Source: a virus. From it: a DNA stretch of 48,775 nt. This document shows positions 16,184 to 24,643 of this stretch, piece after piece. The notes below the pieces were generated by a model. That model saw nothing but the letters and a program-made list of their open reading frames with translations. It did not search any database and was not told the DNA's origin. The stretch lies in IMG/VR virus record IMGVR_UViG_3300025875_000045. One strand, 5' to 3'. A program made the translations under genes and the position numbers. Each line of letters begins with the position of its first letter. The first letter of the stretch is position 1.

Positions 16184-17262
16184 TATCCTTGTGTTATAGT
16201 GGTATCAAGTACAAAAATAGCGTTAACATTGTCAATTACAGGAACTACCCTAGATTGAGAGTTAGTAACCTCCATTAGTGAAGGACGGTTTAGTCTGTAC
16301 TTAGACACTAACATGAAGTCATCTACCTGTTGGTAGGCAACCCCCGCAACTGGCGCGTTTTGTTCAGCTAGTGTAGCATAAACAAGTGAGCCTAAGTTAT
16401 TGGTGTTAGTGAATACTACAGCACCGTCTTTCCAAGGCTTAACACGTACATCAATACCATTCCTTTGAATGTTAACGTACCTGTTTATAATCTCAACACC
16501 TAACCCGTAACGTGTTTGGAATACGTTCCTTGCTTGGTCTGCTGTAGGGGTTGGAATATTAGCCCCAAATATACCATAAGCAGCTGCAAAAGACTCTTTA
16601 AACTCGGTAGTTTTAATAGCATTGTTGAACGTAGCCAAATCCATCATTACAAGGTTTGGTGTCCTGCCTGATTGTGACGCTGCATCAATAAGCACTTGCA
16701 TGTCGCTGATTGGCGTTGCTGCTGGATTGCTCCATGTTGTTTCAGATTCAAACTGATTGGTAGTTAGGTAACCGTAGTCAATCCTGATACCTGTGCCAAC
16801 TGTTTCTGTATCTTCTACAACCACAACACCCGAACTAAGCCCCTCTTGGAACATAGCTTCTAAACGCTCATATTGTGCGCCAATAACAAGTCTTGTATCG
16901 CTAAAGAATAAAGCTAATGCATCATCTACACGGCCTAAAGCTACTAAAGTTTGAAGTTCAGTAAGTTTTTGCTCACGTATTGCAAGTTCGATACCCATTT
17001 TAGGTATATCACCTGTAGCGGTTGCTAAAGATGGTCTCTTCTTTAGTGGGATAGATGAATCCATTGCAATAATATCAGCAGCTACTAGGCTGTTGTTTAC
17101 TGATAGTGAGTTCCACTTACCATCTAAACTAAAACGTTTCTGTAGAAAACGCCTGTAAAGGTATGTAGGTGCTAAATCTTCTCCGTTAAATGTTTCTACT
17201 ACCCTAAGCGTGATGCCGGGGAAGTATAATTCTAGCCATTCGGCAAAGTTTGATGTTTCCAT
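16183..17262 (-). CDS. Major capsid protein, lambda gpE-like HK97 fold (359 aa)
   Basis: Size, position after scaffold and decoration genes, and the segment AADIIAMDSSIPLKKRPSLATATGDIPKMGIELAIREQKLTELQ, which resembles the Phage_cap_E family pattern. Confidence 0.75.
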   Translation of the reverse strand: METSNFAEWLELYFPGITLRVVETFNGEDLAPTYLYRRFLQKRFSLDGKWNSLSVNNSLVAADIIAMDSSIPLKKRPSLATATGDIPKMGIELAIREQKLTELQTLVALGRVDDALALFFSDTRLVIGAQYERLEAMFQEGLSSGVVVVEDTETVGTGIRIDYGYLTTNQFESETTWSNPAATPISDMQVLIDAASQSGRTPNLVMMDLATFNNAIKTTEFKESFAAAYGIFGANIPTPTADQARNVFQTRYGLGVEIINRYVNIQRNGIDVRVKPWKDGAVVFTNTNNLGSLVYATLAEQNAPVAGVAYQQVDDFMLVSKYRLNRPSLMEVTNSQSRVVPVIDNVNAIFVLDTTITQG

Positions 17263-17265
17263 ATG

Positions 17266-17910
17266 TTAGTCTGCTCTTTGGTCTATTAGCGGTAAAGCTG
17301 TCTTAACTGCCGATGCAATTGTTGCAAAGTCATAAGGTGCTGCCACAGGGTTTAACGTTCCTCTAACCATTATTCCTGCAAATGGTCGTGCGGTTGGTAC
17401 TGTGTTGATGATAACACCTGCATAAGTGTGTCCTGATGGTAGGGCTTGGTAAGCTCCACCTGCGTAAACACTTGTAACAGGAATCGCAAAGCCTGTACCT
17501 GCTCCGATACTTGTTGCAGATAGTGTGTTTCCTGCTGCATAGCCTGTACCTTTGCTTACAATAACTACTGCTGTTACAGCTCCTGATGCTACAGTAATAT
17601 TGGCTGTTGCACCTGAACCTGAACCGCCTGTTAAAGCTACACCGTTGAAAGTTCCGTTAGTATAACCTGAACCTCCTACAATTGTACCTGTAACATTAAT
17701 AGCTCCTTCGCCATCAATAGGCATAGGTTTGTACTGGTTTGTAGCCGTTTCCCTGATTATTACATGCCCTGTTGATATTTGGGGGGCTGTATAACCTGTA
17801 ACTTCTAATGTCCTGCCGCCTCGTATAGACTGGAAATTGTCTACTATGATAATGGAATCTTTACCATCATCGTAGTTAACAGGGGCATTGTTTAAATTAG
17901 CTGTTGCCAT
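17266..17910 (-). CDS. Putative head decoration/auxiliary capsid protein (214 aa)
   Basis: Start set at MATANLNN to avoid overlapping the scaffold gene. Gly/Ala/Thr-rich beta domain immediately upstream of the capsid gene, as with gpD-gpE. Confidence 0.45.
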   Translation of the reverse strand: MATANLNNAPVNYDDGKDSIIIVDNFQSIRGGRTLEVTGYTAPQISTGHVIIRETATNQYKPMPIDGEGAINVTGTIVGGSGYTNGTFNGVALTGGSGSGATANITVASGAVTAVVIVSKGTGYAAGNTLSATSIGAGTGFAIPVTSVYAGGAYQALPSGHTYAGVIINTVPTARPFAGIMVRGTLNPVAAPYDFATIASAVKTALPLIDQRAD

Positions 17911-17926
17911 TGTTTTCTTTGTTAAG

Positions 17927-18559
17927 TTAAATATTAATTTTTGCAGCAATCCTATCTATATCCTCTTTGCTGGCTTCTTTAGATGCCCCCTTTTGATGTG
18001 TACCGCTCGGTGGTGCATCTTTGCCAAAAGTTGTAATCTTTGCTTCCTTAGCAAAATTGGTAAAATCTGCTGCCAAATCTGTAGCGTAGGTTTCATACTC
18101 TTCCTCTGTTTTAGGTGTCCTTCCTTTAAACATAAAGGCAGGAATGTCTTTTAAACGTTCGTCAGATTTGAATCTTTCTTCTATAGATTTAGTTTGTTGG
18201 GCTGTTTTAAAGCCTGTTACTTCTCCCGCAATTTCTTCAAGCCTTTTTTCATTAGCTTTAGTATATGCCTTAAACCATTCAGGAGCATCTTTAAACTCAT
18301 CTACTGGTTCAGGTTCGGGGTTTAGTTCAGTTTTCTTTTCAGTTGCTTTTTTAACAGCATCCGTAGCCCTTCTGTCTGCTTCTGATACAGCTTCTAATAT
18401 AACATCTTCCCTGTCTTCGATATAAGTATCAATTTCAGTATCATTGTCAATCTTAGCCGCCCATTTAGCCGCAATGTTTTCTTTGAAAGTTTTTGTAATA
18501 GACTTACCCTTGAATTTTAATTCAATTGCTGCTAGTACCTTATCCTTTTCTACTGCCAT
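17927..18559 (-). CDS. Putative scaffolding protein (210 aa)
   Basis: Highly charged helical K/E/A-rich protein between the portal and capsid genes. Confidence 0.55.
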   Translation of the reverse strand: MAVEKDKVLAAIELKFKGKSITKTFKENIAAKWAAKIDNDTEIDTYIEDREDVILEAVSEADRRATDAVKKATEKKTELNPEPEPVDEFKDAPEWFKAYTKANEKRLEEIAGEVTGFKTAQQTKSIEERFKSDERLKDIPAFMFKGRTPKTEEEYETYATDLAADFTNFAKEAKITTFGKDAPPSGTHQKGASKEASKEDIDRIAAKINI

Positions 18560-18561
18560 AA

Positions 18562-19938
18562 TTATTGTGTATTTACGTTGTTACTAATTTCATTCAATGT
18601 CTGTTCAGCATCCTCACTAAGCCCTGCGTATTTTATGCTCTCTAATTGGCTCATGATAGGAAGTCCACCGTTTGCCGCTAGTGCGTTATCTATCCTGTCC
18701 CTTTCATCATCAACACTAAACAGGCTAAACTTAGGTGTTATCTCCAAATCAATAGAGGGTTTTAACGTGCTGTCTATAGCGCACAATGCCGACTTTAAGA
18801 AATTTATACGCCTTTGTATGCCCTCGCCATAAATACCGTTGTGGTAGTCTTTAGCGTTAAGGTGTGCATCAATCATTATCCTGTCAAAAGCAACTCCTGA
18901 TATGTCCCCTAAACCCTGCATAGCCTTAAATGAAATGTCAGGCGTTTGAGTAATGGTATATATCATGTTGGTTAGGGTTTCAATCTCTAGTTTTATGCTT
19001 TCAGGTGCCTGATCCCAATTCACATAAGATAGCTTTGCACCATCCTTACCCATTATAACCTTGCCTGTTTCGCCTTTATCAGCCCATCCTTCAATATCCC
19101 CCTCTGCAAACAATATAGGGCTTCCGTTGTAATCGTTAGTATCTCCAAAGTTAGATATAAGAACCTCTAGCCTTTCAATCATACTCTGCACATCCTGCCA
19201 AACCGATTGCGTTATCTTGTAATAAATAACAGGTATCTTGCCATACAAAAGCGGTATTTCTTCTTCAATTATCCACTCCTGACCTGATGATTTTATATAC
19301 TTTGTTTTGGTGTCTTTATCATAAAGGTCTAGCCTGTCAATATCTTTATTCCCTGAACGGGTTTTATAAGCAACTCCAAAAGCTATTAAATCCCTGCTTT
19401 CATCATCAAATAACGGTATCAGCTTATAACCTTGTTCGGGGCTGTAAAGGTTTACCCTTAACTCAACTGTGTTGTCCTCTCTGACTTTACTAAACCATAT
19501 TTCGGCTACTTCCGTTTCAGATGCTAACTTTTTAAATAGTTCTGAATTTTTAAATTGTAGCTTGTTGTTTCTCCATACTAAATTAACTGCATCGTTTAGC
19601 CTTGTATCGGTTTGACTAACTGGCTTACATTGTAAGTTAACCGCACCGCCTGTAGTAAAGGCTGTTTTACGTGATACGATTAGTTTCTGCAATGCTAGGG
19701 CTATCCTGTTTACTTCTATATATTCCGTGTTTATTACAGGATTACCATTTGCATCTTTATAGTCGGCTTCTTTTTTTACCTCTTTCTTGCGCCTTATCGT
19801 TTGGTCGTTTACCTTGTGAAACTGCGGGTAATATTCTTTAAACGCTTTGTATTCATAATAGCTTTGCCACTCCTTAAATATTTGAGGAATCAATGTTACT
19901 GGCGACAATCTATTTTCTACAAAGAAATCTACATTCAT
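18562..19938 (-). CDS. Portal protein (458 aa)
   Basis: Size and position (first gene of the head module, upstream of the scaffold). Confidence 0.7.
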   Translation of the reverse strand: MNVDFFVENRLSPVTLIPQIFKEWQSYYEYKAFKEYYPQFHKVNDQTIRRKKEVKKEADYKDANGNPVINTEYIEVNRIALALQKLIVSRKTAFTTGGAVNLQCKPVSQTDTRLNDAVNLVWRNNKLQFKNSELFKKLASETEVAEIWFSKVREDNTVELRVNLYSPEQGYKLIPLFDDESRDLIAFGVAYKTRSGNKDIDRLDLYDKDTKTKYIKSSGQEWIIEEEIPLLYGKIPVIYYKITQSVWQDVQSMIERLEVLISNFGDTNDYNGSPILFAEGDIEGWADKGETGKVIMGKDGAKLSYVNWDQAPESIKLEIETLTNMIYTITQTPDISFKAMQGLGDISGVAFDRIMIDAHLNAKDYHNGIYGEGIQRRINFLKSALCAIDSTLKPSIDLEITPKFSLFSVDDERDRIDNALAANGGLPIMSQLESIKYAGLSEDAEQTLNEISNNVNTQ

Positions 19939-20084
19939 AGATATAAAGCATTAAAGGCTACCCCTAACTTAATAGAAGTAGCCTTTGATAGTGTATTTAG
20001 GGTAAACTGTATCTTCACAGTCTTAGTTGTTTTGCACAAATATAAGAAAATATTTAGATATGCAATGTAATGGTGTTAAAATTG

Positions 20085-20166
20085 TACACGTGAGAGGATT
20101 CGAACCTCCAAAGCTAACGGGTCTAAGCCGCCAAGATGTGCCAGTTCTCAATAAAGCCACACGTGC
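20085..20166 (-). tRNA. Non-canonical tRNA-like gene (82 nt); the anticodon loop CUUAGAC would read as Leu(UAG)
   Basis: Hand fold gives acceptor GCACGTG/CACGTGT plus A73, T-arm GGAGG-TTCGAAT-CCTCT, anticodon arm GGCGG-CTTAGAC-CCGTT and D-like arm GAGA-ACTGGCACA-TCTT. Ten nt separate the acceptor and D stem instead of 2, and there is no long variable arm. Confidence 0.45.
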
Positions 20167-20171
20167 GTTTG

Positions 20172-20244
20172 AGCAGGATATAGGACTCGAACCTATATTA
20201 ACAGGGTCGTAACCTGTGATTTTATCCAATTAAACTAATCCTGC
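20172..20244 (-). tRNA. tRNA-Arg (anticodon ACG), 73 nt
   Basis: Hand fold: GCAGGAT TA GTTT AATTGGATA AAAT C ACAGG TTACGAC CCTGT TAAT ATAGG TTCGAGT CCTAT ATCCTGC T. Confidence 0.85.
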
Positions 20245-20249
20245 GTTTG

Positions 20250-20323
20250 GGTGCTATATGAGAATCGAACTCATATCAGATGATTCACAGTCATGCCGCT
20301 TAACCAATTAGCGTAATAACACC
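20250..20323 (-). tRNA. tRNA-His (anticodon GUG) with encoded G-1
   Basis: Anticodon loop CTGTGAA, T-loop TTCGATT, D-arm CGCT-AATTGGTTA-AGCG. The extra 5' G pairs with C73 to give the 8-bp acceptor typical of bacterial tRNA-His. Confidence 0.85.
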
Positions 20324-20330
20324 ATTTTAG

Positions 20331-20403
20331 TCGGAGTAGCAAGGATCGAACTTGCGCTATCTGATTCAAAGTCAGATGTGTTAACCAACTACACTATACT
20401 CCA
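20331..20403 (-). tRNA. tRNA-Gln (anticodon UUG), 73 nt
   Basis: Acceptor TGGAGTA/TACTCCG (U1-G72), D-arm GTGT-AGTTGGTTA-ACAC, anticodon arm TCTGA-CTTTGAA-TCAGA, T-arm GCAAG-TTCGATC-CTTGC. Confidence 0.85.
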
Positions 20404-20408
20404 TTTTG

Positions 20409-20481
20409 TCGGGTATGCAGGACTCGAACCTGCAATCTCCTCCTTCCAAGGGAGGCACGTAACCAATTTTGCCAATACCCG
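20409..20481 (-). tRNA. tRNA-Pro (anticodon UGG), 73 nt
   Basis: Acceptor CGGGTAT/ATACCCG plus A73, anticodon arm CCTCC-CTTGGAA-GGAGG, T-arm GCAGG-TTCGAGT-CCTGC. The D-stem is weak. Confidence 0.75.
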
Positions 20482-20510
20482 AAATAAAAAAACCTCCAGT
20501 TAAGGAGGTT
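20482..20510 (-). terminator. Terminator-like hairpin with U-tract immediately 5' of tRNA-Pro
   Basis: Minus-strand RNA reads AACCUCC-UUAACU-GGAGGUU followed by UUUUUUUAUUU, which runs directly into tRNA-Pro position 1. Confidence 0.55.
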
Positions 20511-20611
20511 AGCTATAATATATTATAAAACATATCTACACGCCAGTACCTCCTGAATATAATTCGGGCAGTTGTATGCGTTGAGTATGTAGTATTACTG
20601 TTTTCATATTG

Positions 20612-20642
20612 CAAATGTAACAATTATTATGATATATACAAA
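20612..20642 (-). promoter_or_regulatory. Consensus Bacteroidota promoter for the tRNA array
   Basis: Minus strand: TTTG (20642..20639), 19-nt spacer, TACATTTG (20619..20612). Confidence 0.6.
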
Positions 20643-20730
20643 TAAAAAAGGCACGCTATTAAACATACCTTAACTTGGACTTATAAAAACGCTGTGGGAT
20701 TGTAAATATACTAAAGTTTTTTCTATTTCA

Positions 20731-21234
20731 TTACTTATTTATTATCCGTTTATACAACTCCAAGCACGCTATAGCATCCCCCAACGCATTATGTCCGTTC
20801 TTTTCGATACCGAACCTGTTACATAAGTTATCAAGGTCGTGAGGGGCTTTAAAATGCTTACGTGATAGTTGTAAGGTGCAGATATATCCCATGCCTATTA
20901 TCCTATGATTAAGATGAATCACGTTTAGGTAATCAATCCAACCCATATCAAATAAAGTATTATGGCATATAATGGTTTCAACTCCGAATATACTTAAAGA
21001 ACTTGACAGGTTCATCAAAGCAAAACGTAAACCAACACCACCCTCCAACTGTTCCATAGTAATTGCATTAACAGCCATAGCTTTATCTGTGTACTCCATG
21101 CCATAAGGCTTGATATACGTTTGCCATTTGTGTACAATGTTCAGGTCGTTATCGGTTATGACTAAACCTATTTCACAAAGAGCGTGCTTTTGTTTGTTTA
21201 GCCCACTCGTTTCAATATCGAGGAAAGCTATCAT
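20731..21234 (-). CDS. DnaQ-like DEDDh 3'-5' exonuclease (167 aa)
   Basis: Exo I FLDIETSGL, Exo II HNTLFDMGW, Exo III GHNALGDAIA. Confidence 0.85.
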   Translation of the reverse strand: MIAFLDIETSGLNKQKHALCEIGLVITDNDLNIVHKWQTYIKPYGMEYTDKAMAVNAITMEQLEGGVGLRFALMNLSSSLSIFGVETIICHNTLFDMGWIDYLNVIHLNHRIIGMGYICTLQLSRKHFKAPHDLDNLCNRFGIEKNGHNALGDAIACLELYKRIINK

Positions 21235-21481
21235 TCTCTTATTTCGTAATTAAACCATGCAGTAAATAATTCCTCTATATTATATGACTTATGATTATCA
21301 CTATTTAAAGTGAAATAATCAATGCCGTTAACTTTTCTATGTGTTGTTTCATTAACAACAAACAATGCAAACTCGTGATGTAGTTCCAATTAAAAAAAGA
21401 AACCCGAACAAAAGCGGTGGTAGACGCAATCATTCGGGGCTTATTAATGTTGTTATTGTAGCTACCACACTACTAACATTG

Positions 21482-21631
21482 CTATATGTACTCTGCTATT
21501 ATATCTTTAACCGATTGTTTAAACTCCTGAACTTTTGATTTAGGTATTATCTTAGTAATAGTAACCTTTTCTGTAGGCTCATCATACTTATACTTACGCC
21601 CTGCGTTTACTCTTTTACCTCCTGATGGCAT
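21482..21631 (-). CDS. Small basic protein (49 aa), paralog of 8036..8176
   Basis: MPSGGKRVNAGRKYKYDEPTEKVTITKIIPKSKVQEFKQSVKDIIAEYI. The ATG lies 1 nt after the upstream stop. Confidence 0.4.
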   Translation of the reverse strand: MPSGGKRVNAGRKYKYDEPTEKVTITKIIPKSKVQEFKQSVKDIIAEYI

Positions 21632-21632
21632 G

Positions 21633-21890
21633 TTAATAGGGATTATTATTTTTACGTTCAAATTCAGGCATCATATACCATTTCATTATAGACACCCATT
21701 TATCCCAATCTGTTGAATCTTTCTCAATAGTATCCAAAGAAGCCCTTATAAGTGAGGCTACCGAATTTATTCTATCTGTATGCTTAAGTCTATCTAAAAA
21801 AGAAGTGGTAAACCTTGTTTCAAACAGCGCAACAAAGTCTACACTAAGACCTTGTTTTTCTAGCTGCGATATACAATCCGAGTAAGTCAT
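21633..21890 (-). CDS. Hypothetical protein (85 aa)
   Basis: ORF in the cassette. Its start overlaps the upstream stop. Confidence 0.55.
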   Translation of the reverse strand: MTYSDCISQLEKQGLSVDFVALFETRFTTSFLDRLKHTDRINSVASLIRASLDTIEKDSTDWDKWVSIMKWYMMPEFERKNNNPY

Positions 21891-22081
21891 TAAAAAACAT
21901 TTTTTATATGGTTCTCTAAATTGTATATTTCTTCTTTGTAATATTGATTAAGGTTAACAAACTCTTTAACTTCAAAATCTTCCATTTCATCAATCCTGTT
22001 TAGAAGGCAATCGTTAGTGTATTGTAATTGACCTTTTAAACTTTCTAAATTTTCTCTTTGTATTTTTTCTGAATGTGACAT
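21890..22081 (-). CDS. Hypothetical protein (63 aa), first gene of the minus-strand cassette
   Basis: Start set at the ATG that ends the conserved 60-bp leader (MSHSEKIQRENL...). The track start at 22144 lies in the promoter. Confidence 0.5.
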   Translation of the reverse strand: MSHSEKIQRENLESLKGQLQYTNDCLLNRIDEMEDFEVKEFVNLNQYYKEEIYNLENHIKNVF

Positions 22082-22138
22082 AATTTCTATTGTTTCGTTG
22101 TTGTTATCTGAGTACAAATATACAACTATATTTGAATA
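22079..22138 (-). repeat. Copy B of the perfect 60-bp inverted repeat (promoter, 5'UTR and ATG)
   Basis: Its reverse complement is identical to 7215..7274. The -7 box TATATTTG is at 22122..22115, with TTG 19 nt upstream. Confidence 0.9.
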
Positions 22139-22173
22139 ATACAATAGTTAATCAAATTATTTTCAATTTATTT

Positions 22174-23550
22174 TTACCTAAAGCCACTTACCCACGCATT
22201 ACTTTTGTTCCTAATAGGGTTTTTAAGGTAAGCATCGTAGTGGTTAGCATAGGCAGTACACGCAATGTAATCAAATAAGTCACTAAAATGCCCTAGTTTC
22301 TGCTGCCTAGCCCCCGTTTTAGGGCTTGTTTCCATTTCCTTTAACTTAGTGCCATCGGGTGCTTCTTTAAGGCTTACAAAGTCGCTAATAGCTTTTTTAC
22401 AATTCTCGCTTATGTAAAATGCCAATCCCCCTATATTGTTCTCAAATACCGTATTTATCCAGTTACCCCGCATTACAACGGATGGGTTTGATTTAGACAC
22501 CCTGTTAACTGGTCTGTATTGCTTTAAATAGTCAAGTATAAGTGTATAGAAGTTATAACCGTTCTCTAACTTGGTATCTTGCTTATTAGCTGTTGCATCC
22601 CCATATATAAACATTCCCGAATTATGTGCAGGATATCGCCTTATTATCTCGTTACACACGGCTCTAACTGTGTTGTTTGGCGTTTCTCCTGCTATCTCAT
22701 CAATCATGTACATATTAGACCCCTCCAACTGAAATATCCCACAAGGCAAATAAGGGTTTACGTTATCGTCCCAGCTTATATGTAAGGGTAAGGCAGGATT
22801 GTATTCAAACGTTTTTACATGGTCGGCTATCTCGAAGTGTTTATAGAACTCTCCGCCTGTCTTTAGCTGTATATCCCAATTGCCTTCAACAAATACTTCA
22901 TACTCAAATCTGGGCATGTTACGCAAACTTTCAATATATGATTCTGTTAGGTTTGAATTGCCATGCTCATCTACATTGTCGGTTATCTTTGCGGGAATAT
23001 ACAACCATCTTGGCGGCAATGTGTCATTTTTCCACTTATCATAAATCAATGTCTTTACCCATCCGAATGTAGGGTTGCATGTAGCCATTATAATAGGATT
23101 TGGCTGGTGTTCTGTGTTTGGTATTATCCAACTACCTGAACGCTCAAAAGCCTTATTTAGTGACTTCTCCTGACACTCGTTTATTTCCTCGAATAAAAAG
23201 CCATTTACCTCTAATCCTTTCATCCAGTCTAATTCCTTATCATTGGCGTAATTCTCGCCTTTGAACAGGATTATAGACCCGTTGGGGTGGGTGTATTCGT
23301 ATGGGGATTGTTTAAGTACCCCTGATGGGTTTATTTTAAGGAATGAAGGTATTGTTGTTGTTCGTATCTTTTCCATTGAACTCCTAATAACGATCCACCT
23401 CGATTTAGGGAATACCTGACACAATACTAGTAATGCAGATAACCCCCAAACACTCTTGCCACCTCGTATTGCGCCACCGTACAAAATTAAATTGTACTGC
23501 TCGCTTTGTATGGCATTCATGGCTGTCGTTTGCTTTGGAGTTAAACGCAT
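22174..23550 (-). CDS. terL: Terminase large subunit (458 aa)
   Basis: Walker A-like YGGAIRGGKS near the N-terminus, typical size, and position downstream of terS. Confidence 0.85.
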   Translation of the reverse strand: MRLTPKQTTAMNAIQSEQYNLILYGGAIRGGKSVWGLSALLVLCQVFPKSRWIVIRSSMEKIRTTTIPSFLKINPSGVLKQSPYEYTHPNGSIILFKGENYANDKELDWMKGLEVNGFLFEEINECQEKSLNKAFERSGSWIIPNTEHQPNPIIMATCNPTFGWVKTLIYDKWKNDTLPPRWLYIPAKITDNVDEHGNSNLTESYIESLRNMPRFEYEVFVEGNWDIQLKTGGEFYKHFEIADHVKTFEYNPALPLHISWDDNVNPYLPCGIFQLEGSNMYMIDEIAGETPNNTVRAVCNEIIRRYPAHNSGMFIYGDATANKQDTKLENGYNFYTLILDYLKQYRPVNRVSKSNPSVVMRGNWINTVFENNIGGLAFYISENCKKAISDFVSLKEAPDGTKLKEMETSPKTGARQQKLGHFSDLFDYIACTAYANHYDAYLKNPIRNKSNAWVSGFR

Positions 23551-23813
23551 CGGTTAATTATTATTTCATTTCCAATTTTGACACCTCTTTGTGTGATAAA
23601 AAAAACATGCCCTGTAGGATTATATATTATACATGCTTTTATGCCTCTCCACTTTATTTTTCCTCTTGTAATCTCTCCTTTAATTGGCGGATTTGCGTAT
23701 TTTAAGTTAGATATAAACGCATTCTCTTGAATGATGGATATTCTATTTAAGTAATCTATAGTTTGATTTCGTATTTTGTCTTGTAGTGTATGCATAAAAT
23801 AAAAAACCCACAC
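23541..23813 (-). CDS. Hypothetical protein (90 aa; the start may be the internal MHTLQDK at 23795) between terS and terL
   Basis: ORF overlapping the terL start by 10 nt. Confidence 0.4.
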   Translation of the reverse strand: MWVFYFMHTLQDKIRNQTIDYLNRISIIQENAFISNLKYANPPIKGEITRGKIKWRGIKACIIYNPTGHVFFITQRGVKIGNEIIINRCV

Positions 23814-23880
23814 GTCAAAAGGTAGTCGTCTTTATCTGTGCAGGATTTATATAAGTTGTAATTAACAGCGACTACTCTGT

Positions 23881-24324
23881 TTATATCTTTACTTCTTTAT
23901 CGCCCCATTGGATTACAGTGGTGGCTGGTATATCTTTACCGTTGGTGGTATGGTCTACCTTATCTCCGTACTTTCTAGGAATCATTTTGGCTACAATCCA
24001 TTTCCTAGCATCAACCTGTAATCTATTCCTAGATATTACATTGTGGTTAATTATTTGATTGCCATATTCATCTTCCCCTGTTACATCTTCCCCTTGTTTG
24101 TCTGCTATCTCTAATATTTCTTCAAAGATATTATCCGCTCTTGCCTCACACGCACGTACGTACCGTTTGGATTTTTCTTCATCTTCATCACACCACTTAT
24201 AGAAAGTAGTTATATCTGGCATGCCATAACCTTTTATAGCCCTTCTTAAAGGCATATTGTTTTCTTCTATATCTTTTATTATCAAAGCAAACTTTTCTTC
24301 TATTTCCTCAATTGAATACGCCAT
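23881..24324 (-). CDS. terS: Terminase small subunit (147 aa)
   Basis: N-terminal HTH-like segment (MPLRRAIKGYGMPDITTFYKWC), then YVRACEARADNIFEEILEIAD and RLQVDARKWIVAKMIPRKYGDK. This pattern recurs in phage small terminases. Confidence 0.8.
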   Translation of the reverse strand: MAYSIEEIEEKFALIIKDIEENNMPLRRAIKGYGMPDITTFYKWCDEDEEKSKRYVRACEARADNIFEEILEIADKQGEDVTGEDEYGNQIINHNVISRNRLQVDARKWIVAKMIPRKYGDKVDHTTNGKDIPATTVIQWGDKEVKI

Positions 24325-24424
24325 TGGATATATTTTGTATTTCTTCCTTAGTTAATAACGTAAAAGTCTTTTGTTCTTATTCTGCTAAAGTATTATAAAT
24401 AGTCCTTTATGACACAAACAGTTT

Positions 24425-24532
24425 TTATACTAGCTCATCAACTATAACTTTCATTTGTTTATGTTGGTTATCGCTAACATACTGTTTTATGAATTGACTG
24501 CGTTTTTGTAATAAGTGTTGATTTCTACGCAT
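24425..24532 (-). CDS. Possible 35-aa ORF in the packaging-operon leader
   Basis: MRRNQHLLQKRSQFIKQYVSDNQHKQMKVIVDELV. Only weak support. Confidence 0.2.
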   Translation of the reverse strand: MRRNQHLLQKRSQFIKQYVSDNQHKQMKVIVDELV

Positions 24533-24643
24533 AGTTTGATTTATAAAATAATTGTGGTGCAGATAGGGTTAGTCCTACAAGCCTTAAAGCTCTCGCGACC
24601 TATCGAGTATTTGTCCTCACATTAAGCCACACCACAGTAACCA

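Noticed and set aside
20023-20229. ORFs 20023..20229 (-) and 20027..20212 (+)
   Set aside because: They lie directly over the tRNA-like gene and tRNA-Arg. The GC-rich tRNA sequence simply lacks stop codons.
21365-21532. Plus-strand 55-aa ORF (MQTRDVVPIKKRNPNKSGGRRNHSGLINVVIVATTLLTLLYVLCYYIFNRLFKLL) in the minus-strand cassette
   Set aside because: It has a plausible tail-anchored topology. However, it is antisense to the cassette, overlaps the 49-aa gene by 51 nt, and is preceded only by an imperfect box (TAACTTTT). The evidence is insufficient, so the region 21235..21481 is left unexplained.
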